Below are positions 14,702 through 25,282 of a stretch of 64,000 nucleotides of DNA, piece after piece. The notes beneath the pieces were generated by a model, which was not told where the DNA came from, made no database searches, and saw only the letters and a list, made by a program, of their open reading frames with translations. The stretch covers positions 12,836,001 through 12,900,000 of the forward strand of contig CM119371.1 in assembly GCA_051294905.1 (NCBI GenBank), read 5' to 3'. Numbering within the stretch: the first letter of the stretch is position 1; every line of letters starts with the position of its first letter. The stretch comes from Botryllus schlosseri. Its lineage: Eukaryota. Position numbers and translations under genes: made by a program.

Positions 14702-15106
14702 GTATAGGTATGGTAAATAAACGTCGCTATATTGTGCTATACCTTGAAATTCCAACTTCATAGTCCAATGCATTTAACAAATGTACATATTGTTACTTAC
14801 CAGGTCCGGCTGGATGGCATCGTTCGTGTGATATTCCTGTGGGCAAACGTAAAATGGAACCCAATCGTCAGGAAGAGTATTCTTGAGACATGAGCCAAAA
14901 TTGAGATTTACCAGATTTAGAAAATTCTCATGAAATTGTTATTACGATGGGATTCAATTCTCATCAAAATGTGTGGAAGTCCTAAAAACCAAGAAAATCG
15001 ATATCACTTCACAGTAGTTGTCGTGTTTACCATATTTTCAGTGTTCGACGATGTTGTGATATCCTAGCTCCCATACTAAATTTAATATTGTTATCTAATG
15101 TATCAG

Positions 15107-16394
15107 CAGAGGTGGTCAGTAACGAAGTACTTCTACTTTTTCGAAGTACTCAAGTAACTTTCCTCTACTTCTGGTACTTACTCAAGTAGATTTGATTTTC
15201 GCTACTTCTACTTCCTAATATTTTGTGATCTACTTACTTACTTTTCGCTATTTTCAATTTGTCAAGTAGAAGTAGTTCAATCTTCCAATCAGGAAGATAG
15301 CCTGAGGAATTTGGGAGCTGTTTTCACGGAGAATTAACAATTAATTTTCATAAAAGTTTAGTAAAGAAAATAATTTTCGTCGCGCTTCGCGCGCAGTGGA
15401 TGCGGAGTGACCAGTTTGATTTCACGAAAGTATCGGTGAATATAATTTAGGTGTAGGGTTGGCGTGGTTCCGTTCACACCGCATTGTCGCTCTTCACCCA
15501 TATGAAATAATTCATCACAGTATATGGCTCATCATAACGTTTGAAACTGATGTTTCGCAATCTAGCATTTTCTTGCCATATAGTAATCTAGCATATACGT
15601 CAATGGCGTGTCCTAATCTGGAAGAGTGGACTTTGACTTTTTTTTAGTTTCACAGCTGATTTTGCATACCACCTTTGAAACTTTCTGGACTAAATACATG
15701 AAATACATATTCTGCTTTTAGAAAGTAGTATTTATTTTTCACTTTCAATTCCCAGTATCATGTACTTTGACTTATAATTAATGTCAGTTCTTTTGACCGA
15801 ATAACAGACATGTTGAAGTATAAAAGCAAGTGCAGTAATGCCTTCAATTTCCGGAAATAAAGCTACACAATATGGCATTTTTACGGTCCACTATATTTTT
15901 TATTAACGTTTACTATCGCGCCAAGTGTATACACCGTATCCTATACAACTTCTCCATATTGCTCTTCAACTAAACTACGGGCCTTATAATATGGGGGATG
16001 GCGCCATACCATGCTATTTTCCAAAACGTGTTGTTCGAGAAAACAAAGGATTAGTATCGCATTTCCTTATAAAGACTATCATTTTCATCCCATGATGTGG
16101 ACGAATTCTTATGCTATCGAAAATTGGATACCTGCTGGTATGCATCAATATGAATCAAGCTCGTCACCTATCACATAGCTAAATTTGCACCTTTTTTATA
16201 ATCCATCCAATCTGGATCGTTTTCACAACTACGTACTTACTTGAGTACTTTTAATGTCAGTCAATTCTACTTCTACTTCAAGTAGTTTTAGGTTGCTCGT
16301 GAAAGAAGTACTTCTACTTGTACTTGAGTATATTGTTCCGTCGCTACTTCTACTTCTACTTGAGTAGCTTTCTTGACTACTTTGACCACCTCTG
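15107..16394. mobile_element. hAT-like MITE with AAGTA/TACTT subterminal repeats
   Basis: TIRs CAGAGGTGGTCA...TGACCACCTCTG; TSD TGTATCAG (15099-15106, 16395-16402). Confidence 0.9.
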
Positions 16395-18099
16395 TGTATC
16401 AGGATGTCATGCTGATGGGAAAATAATTTACTAGGAGGATGTATGGAGTGAGCGTATTCACAGTCCACACACGACACCCTGTACTTTTAAATTAATCATA
16501 ATAGTAAAAATAACGACTTGCTATAGATTTATATGGAAATTGTGATTGACAAACGCACCCATATCTCTAAACTTCCCCTTAACCTTTAGCCCAACCTTAA
16601 CGTAAATTAACCTTACCCCCATCCGAACCCAACCCATTCAAATGGTTTTCGTCTACTTATTGCGCGAGCCTATGTCAGTTTAATTTCCCGCTAGGTTTTC
16701 TTCTACTTCGTCATTTTAGTGACCTATCTACTTTTAGCTATTTACATTTTTCCAACCAACAGTATTATGTTCCGCCAATGACAAATAAAGAGACGGAATG
16801 GAGATTTCGGGCCTGTGTTCACGAAATGAGTTTTCTAATGAGCATATAGCGATTGCGCTCACATCCAGAATTTCGCTAATTCATTAGAAAATCATGTGAT
16901 ACTGCGCTCCAAATAATAGATGGTCGCAAATTAAATATAAAATGAGGGGGGTATTTAGGCCCGCAGCAATTTCGCAGCGGGTTAAGTGGAAAAATGACCT
17001 GCGGCGATCCCATGGGAAGTAATTCATGCAGATTGCGTGCAATATGAATTGTTCGATTAACTTCAATCTGAATTCCAGGACGGTGGCTGCCTGAAGAAAA
17101 TGGTTGTGGCCAGAAGTTCTCTCCCGGGTTTATCTTTAATTTCAGAGACCATTATATTTAGAACGCCCTATTAAAAGATGTTAGGTCAATAAATATGCTA
17201 TAAAATACATAATATGATAATTTAACATATATGCTTTCGGTTTCTGTGCTAAAATTATTCAATCCATCAACCATTCAAAATATCAAATTGCAGTTCCCCT
17301 GTTAATTCAATCGATTTTATTCGGTAGAGCTTCCGGAATTCAGATCAAAGATTCTCCTGGTCACTACTATAACGTGGGGAGCCCGAAATACATACACCTA
17401 ATGTCTCGAGACAATTTGCTACTTTATGCCAACATATGTGCGAGGGGAGACTGATCGAATTAATATTGTAGAACCAAGCTATACACATTTTAATTCGTAG
17501 AAATCAGCTGACAATAAATGCGGGTTCTCACCATCGCAGTGCTTTTTACTTTCAGCAAAGCTGCAGTCAGAGCTAATAAAGAAAAATATGTCATTTCATT
17601 GATCATTCATTGGCATGTTATCACCCATTTATGTGTTTGTAGGGATATAGTCAATGACACCGCATTGTGCTCCCTCCCAGCGAATGTATTTTACTGAAAT
17701 CGACTTCATTAATTGGTCGTCGCCTGTATAATTGAATTGTTCATTCCCCTTTCTCATTAACCCCGATACAATACGACATCCAAAACTATTGCACCAACTT
17801 GAAATGACTGTAACAAAACCAGAGTTGACAAGTAGAGCATCTATTCGCCCGAGTCATCCACGCGCAGTAATATACTGGAGTAAATATATCTCTTGAAAAC
17901 CTAATGAAGTGACGCAATTCCGAGCGGAATCTGAAGAACGATATCATACAAATTACCCCGTCCACACGGTATTGAAATCCGCCAGAATTCAGTCAGTTCT
18001 TTACAAGACTAAAACTTCAAAGACGTTAATACAAAATTGTTTCTATAATTGCAGCATGATTCAACGTGAATAATATAACCAGGGCACGAGGATTATGGA

Positions 18100-18340
18100 A
18101 TAAATTTGCCTCTTGGTTAGTTGCCGAGAAGCGTTATAATATCAATGGACATGTGGCTCCGTTCTGCTATTCCAATAAATAATAGTTATAGCGAGTACAT
18201 TGGGGCAAATAAATGCCCTACCGTTTCAGTCTCGCCGCATGTCGTACAAAGAACATCGTCTTGATAACTTATTCGATGTAAATGGCCGTTCAGTTTACAA
18301 TGACCGGTTTGACCTCGCATCAGTATCGATGATTCTTTGC
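18100..18340 (-). mobile_element. 3' fragment of a non-LTR retrotransposon (I-group-like)
   Basis: Reads TGHCKLNGHLHRISYQDDVLCTTCGETETVGHLF, the C-terminal CCHC-type motif of LINE ORF2. Confidence 0.7.
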
Positions 18341-18635
18341 CTAAGAGTCGCAGTGGCGGTGAAACCTCGCACAGTGTTTAGCACAGTGTTTACTGCATTT
18401 GTCTTACTCTTACAACAAGCTAACCAGGGTTCATGCCACAACCTAGAAACCAGCCATCGTCGATGTGTGAAAGTTATGTTTTGGAATAAAACGTGTCGGA
18501 TTCACATCAAAGTGATATTGCAGGATTAGATAAAGACCTCCGCACAGCTAGTTCAGTTAGGGATAGGGAGTCGGCAGTACATTTAATCTCATGTGACTTG
18601 CAGTACGGTCAAATGTATGGACCTACAATACATAC

Positions 18636-18720
18636 TTTGTGCGGCACACCTGTGTTGCAGTGGCATTAACCCGTTGTGAATTGTTTGATTCCTTGCACCA
18701 AAGATGGGGTTGCTGACCTT
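18636..18720 (-). CDS. Probable next host exon
   Basis: cgcag acceptor, phase 1, open frame EGQQPHLWCKESNNSQRVNATATQ; donor ambiguous (exon end 18650 or 18636). Confidence 0.5.
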
Positions 18721-18792
18721 CTGCGATATCAAATATTTATATCGATTAGAAACTGCCATATCTTTTCAACCCACTAAAACAATATTTTATAC

Positions 18793-18951
18793 CCCATTCA
18801 AGTCTTTCACAAATCTCTGGACGTTTAGTCGATTGGCAAAGGCATTCGTCAGTCAGATCAGGACAATCGAACTTTCCATCGCATACTTTGCTGATAGCGA
18901 CATTTTTTGGACAACTTCCAAAGCAGCGCATCCCAGCGTTGTCAAGACGAT
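18793..18951 (-). CDS. Host LDLa-repeat gene exon
   Basis: 159 bp, phase 1-1; MRCFGSCPKNVAISKVCDGKFDCPDLTDECLC. Confidence 0.85.
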
Positions 18952-19381
18952 CTCGAATAAATTTCATTTATCAAGTCTCTATTCGATGATCATCAAATGT
19001 TCACTTCGACAAATATCAATTCATTTGCGTTGATTACATAAGACAAGAGTATGTGGAATCTCTTATGTATCCTGTAAGACTCTTAAATTGATACCTGTAA
19101 CTACTGACCTTTCATGCCGGGTCTAGTCATCGACCACCAGACAATAATTACAGATAGCATTTCAACAATTGCACATGTCAATAGGAATGAGATTCTCAAA
19201 CCTTCAAATTCAAAGTTAATTTGATTCCGTTCGCCACATACAATGTTTTAGTAACCCAGCGACCGTTCATTATGAATTTGTAGACAATTTTGCAATGATG
19301 TACAGTGTACAGTTTACGTCATTCTCTTCCCAGCATAACAAGTTCGTACTTACCCAAGAAAAGTTTGATATTGATTATTAC

Positions 19382-19417
19382 CTTGCATTCTCTCTCCACA
19401 GAAGCATTCATCCACAT
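19382..19417 (-). CDS. Host LDLa-repeat gene micro-exon
   Basis: 36 bp, ttaacag/...gtaata; (D)VDECFCGERMQ completes CDGNTMCAE-DVDECFC across the Polinton-containing intron. Confidence 0.8.
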
Positions 19418-19560
19418 CTGTTAACAGTAAGAATTCATTCTATTTAACGACTACATGCTACGTAAATAACAATTGTAGGCAACCCCAGGCACTTTTACTA
19501 TGTCTCTGTCGGATATCTTAATAAACAAATTTAGTCAACGGAATGCGATGGCGTCATAAT

Positions 19561-21828
19561 CAGACATGGGGTGATTACTTCATGAATGTAATCGATTGCG
19601 ATTACGACTACTTCCGATTTACGCGGTTACTATTACGATTACGATTACAGCAAAAACAGGAAGTAGTCGACTACGATTACATTGGAAAAGTAATCACGAT
19701 TACTCACGATTACATCAACTTTGCATTGCAGAAGTTATATTGGAAAACAATACGTGGATTGCGCTGAAAAGGCGCATTCCTTTAAAAAAGATGCGTCATT
19801 TGCTTGACTGCCGCACCCCAAATTTCCCAATATGGTGGTGAGCGAGCTCGAAGGGGTTTCAAGAGTATTTCGTAAACCAACATAAATTATAGAGTGTTCT
19901 CGAGAGATTTAATTAACTTGAAAATTCTTTTTAGATAAGCTTGATTTTGTAATGCATACGTCTCCCCCTCAACAAAAATGCATACATAATTTATAGTGGG
20001 CTTGTATTTAGAACAAATGGTTGTTGGAAACACATTGTTTAAAACATGATTTAAGCAGTGTTATAAATAAAGGCTTTAAAAAAACTAAATTGTGTTTTTT
20101 TAAGTTGTAAAATCATGCCATAATTGCGTAAATGCTTTCCACAATTATCACCCGATTTAGCCGACGTACATCGATATGGGATGATTGGATCCCCTAAAAA
20201 TAGTCCGTTCAACAGTTATAATACCGATATTTCGTCAAAGAAGTTATATTTACCCTATATTTTCAATTGTCAATATCAATCCACATTCCTGACGTAATGG
20301 CTTAAAACAACAACAACAACAACAATAAAAAACATGCTTAAACATGGGCCTTCTTGCAAACAAGCTCGTTTTAAATTTATTTTTGTTTTAAATGCAACCC
20401 TAATTTATAGCAATAGGCATTTAAGTTCCAGTCAATACCGTGCCATGACACACCAAAATACATGTGCAATTTCGATAAACACGCAACTTCACGAAATGTG
20501 CTACTAAAGAAAGACCTTGGCTGAAACTTATGGTATGTGTCTATTTTCAATAGCCGCGCTGGGTGAGCGTGACTAATTCCGGTCCTTCCAATCCGAGCCC
20601 ACATTGCAAATGCCACCCGGACACCCACAGACCATTAAAGACATGACAATGTGTGTGTGCGTCTCACGAAAGTTTTTCTTTTAGTCTGCTACCTCAGGAA
20701 TACAACTATATCTTTTGATTATATAACAGACCGGAAGTCACGAATTAACAACCTACACTAAAGTAATTATAACAAGATAACAGACGTTATAATTATGAAT
20801 TACGTACCACCTCCTCTACAGGTAAATCTGACCATCGGAGGCAGAGAGAGATGAATAAATAATAATAGTAATGCGATTACCAATATTATTGACGAAATTC
20901 AATCTCCAACTCACATTTATCACCCTATGGGGTCAAAGACCAACGTTTGGACTAGGGGACGAATAGTTGTTTTGGTCCTGATTCTAGCTACAACCCACGC
21001 CAACATGATATATATGGCCATTGCTATGGCGGCAGGTCCCAATGTTGAGTAAAGAATTATGACATAACGATTGGCGCATGTTTCAAGGAGTGTCATATGA
21101 GCAGAACATAAAATTCTGCCTTCAACTTAATACAGATAATGTACTGCAAGCTGCCGCTACGAGAAACGGCAGACACGGCCCGGATATGATAGACATCATC
21201 AGCTGTTGACTTTTATTGCTTCGTTGTGGAAACCGTAATGTTTTATTTGACGATTACAAAATTTCAAATCTCTGTCCGGTGTACTTAGGCTACGTACTAC
21301 ATGGGCCTACTGCTCGCCGAGAAGCAACGGTCAAACTGCGTTCGCATAACCAAACATCAATACACAAGTTACTAGGTAGTGTGGTGATTAATTATCTTGC
21401 TGCGAAGTACTGGCGCGTGGTACGTGTTGATAACCTGATATACAGCACGGCGGGTGTTCTTACAATCACACGTATGTACGTGACGTGACGTACATCGAAT
21501 ATCTATTTACTGTGAATACTTCTTACGCAATGACTAGCAAAGCTAATAGGCTACTTCTGACGTAATATGAGCAATGACATTTAAAAATCAGACGTTTGAA
21601 CCTGGTATAATACATCTTCCTTGTTCACGAATGCTCAGTTTATGTCATAGTCCTTGTACAAATAAAAACTAATCGTTCTTTCACAAAGAAATCGATTAGA
21701 TATGGGATGTAGTCGATTACGATTACGAATATTTCGTAATTTTATCGAATGAAATCGATTGCGATTACGATTACTTGAAAATGCTGTCATCGTCGTAATT
21801 GATTACGATTACTAATAGCGATTACCCC
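19561..21828. mobile_element. hAT-like non-autonomous element with GATTAC subterminal repeats
   Basis: Left TIR CAGACATGGGG after GTCATAAT; right end ...ATTACCCC lacks its terminal 7 bp and is followed by TCATAAT. Confidence 0.8.
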
Positions 21829-22134
21829 TCATAATTACAATGATAAAAACTGCGCAGACTTTGGAAGTATGATTTCAGTTTTTTGTATCCGTTTGTTGTT
21901 TTGTAATCCCGTGCAAATCCTATCAAAAAGGAGTCAGGGTGCGAAGTCGCAAATATTAAAACTGCAGTAAATGTACTGGCATATTCAAAAGCCTTGGGCA
22001 TCAAGCTTTATCCCAATTGAATTATTCTTTAAAAACCGAATTTACACCACTTGCCATTCACTCCTCCCATGCAGATAGCGGCGAGAGCGCTTCTCGATAT
22101 CCTCTTTGGGTTGATTCTCCCGCTAGTATGCGAT

Positions 22135-22471
22135 AGTAGTAAGAGAAATGTGCGGAATCCCCCCATTCGCGATTTATAAAGAACAAACAAACATTATCAA
22201 GATAATAAACAGTGTAAGAATTAGCTCATTATCAATTTAGCAGCAATACTTTTATGACCTTGTGTGCTGCAATCAAAAAAAAAGGGGGGATTGACTGAGA
22301 TAAAACGAACAAAGAATCTCGATTGACCTTTGTACTCAGACTGGAGTCATTCTACTTGTACTTTTCCACTCCTGATTCTACCTCGCCTGACTTCTGGACA
22401 CGAGACTTGTGTATTATGTATTATATTTCCCCCCGAACAGCAATGGATTGGCATTTAATTTCAATGGTATG
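22135..22471 (+). repeat. Polinton left terminal inverted repeat
   Basis: Reverse complement of 38175-38512, with about 5 substitutions and one poly-A length difference by eye. Confidence 0.95.
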
Positions 22472-23586
22472 CACTTACTAGTAATTTTTTATATTTCCCC
22501 CGAACAACAACAGTATAGTATTGTTATATTTCCCCCTACGAACAACAACAGTATAGTATTTGTTCCCTCGGGTCCGTATGTGAGATCCCGGCGCGTGTTT
22601 TAGGTGGATTGTCAACGCGCGTCCGGGCAGATGTATCGCCAAAGCGGATTATCGGTTACTTACGTTTGTCTGTGCAGAGTGACGCCTACGGTCTGTGTCA
22701 TACTGGAAACGTACTCTACTTGTTATTGATCGAGATTGTAGCAGGGGAGATGATCTGTTAGGGTTATAAATATACGGGTCAACTCGAGTTCTCGAGAACA
22801 CCCATGTAAATAAAGCCCTCGCTATTGTTACGGGTCACAGAGCACGGATCACGTGTCGACAATCGATCGAAGCCCGTCAACTGGTATTTTGAAAGCTCGC
22901 GGTATGGTGTATTATTGTGTATGGATTGTTGCGGTATTAGAATTGTGGTTACGGCTCGTTGGCGATGCGAGGATCAGGTTTATAGTATACTATAACTACT
23001 TAGCTCGGGTATGATACGACGCGCTGCTATTGCCCAAGACCTAATTCACGATAATCAATCGCGCTTTCGAAAATAGACATGCGGCCGCGTAGACTGTATA
23101 GCGCCTTTTGTTTTGTGATCCTCCCTGCTGTGCCGAGGAGCGATAATCTCGCTTTCGAAAACAGCCATGTCGCCTCGTAGACATGCACAGCGCCTTTGTC
23201 CTGTAATCCACCCCGCTGGGTCGAGGAGCTATTCTCTTTGTTCGAGAATGTTGGATATTGGTCTCGGCCGTCGCTTGGCCACTATACTGAATGCGAAAGT
23301 TGGTTATTGATTAACTATCACGCCGATTTCCCCCCCGGTTAATGCTACTGTCTCGCTCTGCTTTAATTATCACGGCGTATAGTACTCTCACAAACACGCG
23401 GTTTTACAATCTGATAACCTCTTTCCACGCCGCTTGAGTGAGATTGCTAAGTCGAGACGATAGCTGGTAGTATGGTATTGAAAGATGATGTATTCTGGCA
23501 GGCTAGAAAGTTTACCAACCCTAATCTCTGATAAATAGTGTCAGCAAAATAATCACATGTTTCTTTTATTTCATACATGAAACAGT

Positions 23587-24294
23587 TCATTCTTTGCAAA
23601 TACGCGAATAGTCTTGTAAGAACAGCTCACGTTTGCCTGATCGGACTTGGACACGTAGATGGGTGACATCATAGTATTTGTCAGCAGTGAATAACGGTAC
23701 AACACCCCAATTTTTCAGATCGACAGAAATGTCACCATTCACTAGTGCATATGAATGTAGCTGTCTCTCCGAGTTTGTGCCAATGGATTCAGAATCCGTG
23801 GCAATACAGAGACCTCTGTAATTAACAATCTTGTCATCGTACAAGCCTTTTTGGATATCTTCTGCGGACACGTACCGGAATTCAACCATCTCTGGGCTAG
23901 GTAAGCGTGCTTTGCTCTTTGTAACAGTAGAATTGCGACCAATGATTAATGACGGGGCATCAGTTCTTGCGTCAGCAGTGATCTTGATGTTACAGAAAGT
24001 CATAGTATGACCTTGTCTGTACGCTGTTTCGATGCAGTCCAGTAATTTGTCATTGAATATCACCCCTGGTAGAGATTTTTTACCATCTGTGATCGAGGCT
24101 TTCACATAAGTCATCTTGGGTCCATGTCGTCTGGTCGACGCCAATTGTACACGTCCATCGAAGCTGACTTGCATGCCATAGAAACTGGTGGCATTGTCGA
24201 AATTTGGAATATGAGACGGGGCAGCCCGTTTCAAGTCGGTATTCAACTTGCGCTTGGTTGCAGTATTTTCGTACGGGTTGTATTTACATGCCAT
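23587..24294 (-). CDS. Putative tandem OB-fold ssDNA-binding (RPA/SSB-like) protein, 235 aa
   Basis: Intact ORF inside the TIRs. Two beta-rich repeats with RPA-type spacing: KASITDGKKSLPGVIF...MTFCNIKI...LIIGRNSTV and IVNYRGLC...YALVNGDISVDLKNW...YYDVTHLRV...LFLQDYSRI. Fold assigned by pattern only. Confidence 0.6.
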   Translation of the reverse strand: MACKYNPYENTATKRKLNTDLKRAAPSHIPNFDNATSFYGMQVSFDGRVQLASTRRHGPKMTYVKASITDGKKSLPGVIFNDKLLDCIETAYRQGHTMTFCNIKITADARTDAPSLIIGRNSTVTKSKARLPSPEMVEFRYVSAEDIQKGLYDDKIVNYRGLCIATDSESIGTNSERQLHSYALVNGDISVDLKNWGVVPLFTADKYYDVTHLRVQVRSGKRELFLQDYSRICKE

Positions 24295-24314
24295 GGTGTA
24301 ATTATGCCTGTAAG

Positions 24315-24664
24315 TATGTCACTAGAGAAAAAGAGTCTTGTATTTATATTCAAATGGTTGGGGGAAAAAGGCCGAGTAGAGTGTCATAAAATTTCTTGCC
24401 GAGTTTTGCCGGCTCTGTTTAACTGTTTTAAGTACCTTCTTCCAATTGTCATGTAGCTCACAGTGTCTATAAGTAAGTGTAAATCGGGTATGCGAGTATG
24501 GCACTAGAGAAAAAAGAGGTTTGTATGTATATTCAAATGGTTGGGGAAAAGGCGAGTAGAGGGTCATAAAATTCCTTCCCGCGTTTTGCTGACTCTGTTA
24601 AACTGTGTTAAGTACCTTCTTCTGCTTGTCATGTGGCTACAGTGGCTATAAGTAAGCGTAAATT
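24315..24664. promoter_or_regulatory. Two diverged ~175-bp tandem repeats between divergent genes; candidate bidirectional promoter
   Basis: Units at ~24315-24484 and ~24494-24664 share CACTAGAGAAAAA...TATATTCAAATGGTTGGGG...GTCATAAAATT...AAGTACCTTCTT...CTATAAGTAAG; TATA-like motifs on both strands. Confidence 0.55.
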
Positions 24665-24696
24665 GAGCTTACCATCACAAATCTTGGCTCATAGCT

Positions 24697-25170
24697 ATGG
24701 CTGATAACGGGATACCAGAATTGATGGAAGGTGGCTACCCGGTAGACCTACTCGATGCGATTAGTCCAGCAAATGATATTCCAGAAAATGTAGAAAATCC
24801 AGCCCAACCTCCTGCATTCCCATCCAGGCGTAGACCTGGGGGTGAGAGGTTTGGGAAATACAGTAGACGAATGATGGAGCACCTCAAGGCGACCGTTGTT
24901 GAGGCCATCGCAATCAGTCCATCTGAAGCGATCTTTACTATCCTGGGGGAAGTGGATGATATACTTTCGAGATCTAGTTTTCCATCCCATGAAACATTCA
25001 CTCAAGATTATAACCGGATAGAACAAGAAATTTCGCAAATACTATCCCAGTCGAACGGACAGGATTTGCGTATGCAATTACCCTTGGAACGCATCATGCG
25101 TGCAAAAGTTACCTTTCTCAAAGAGATGTCAGCTGCCAGAGCCACCATGAAATTTTATACGAATGTGTAA
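24697..25170 (+). CDS. Polinton hypothetical protein (157 aa), possibly the first exon of pPolB
   Basis: Intact ORF; a candidate GT..AG intron at 25167-25281 would join it in frame to pPolB. Confidence 0.6.
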   Translation: MADNGIPELMEGGYPVDLLDAISPANDIPENVENPAQPPAFPSRRRPGGERFGKYSRRMMEHLKATVVEAIAISPSEAIFTILGEVDDILSRSSFPSHETFTQDYNRIEQEISQILSQSNGQDLRMQLPLERIMRAKVTFLKEMSAARATMKFYTNV

Positions 25171-25282
25171 CTGTTTTTGGTGTACTATCATGTTTTTATC
25201 ACATGCTTAAGTTGTAATATCATATGTATTTATGTGTGTTTTGTCCTACCTGTTATTGATTCTGTGTTTTTTTGTTTGCAGA

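Noticed and set aside
18200..18340. AG/GT-bounded Cys-rich segment as a host exon
   Set aside because: The motif matches a LINE C-terminal zinc knuckle that continues past the apparent donor.
25232..25282. Hydrophobic MCVLSYLLLILCFFVC as a signal peptide on pPolB
   Set aside because: It translates a T-rich polypyrimidine tract ending in CAG, more likely a splice acceptor.
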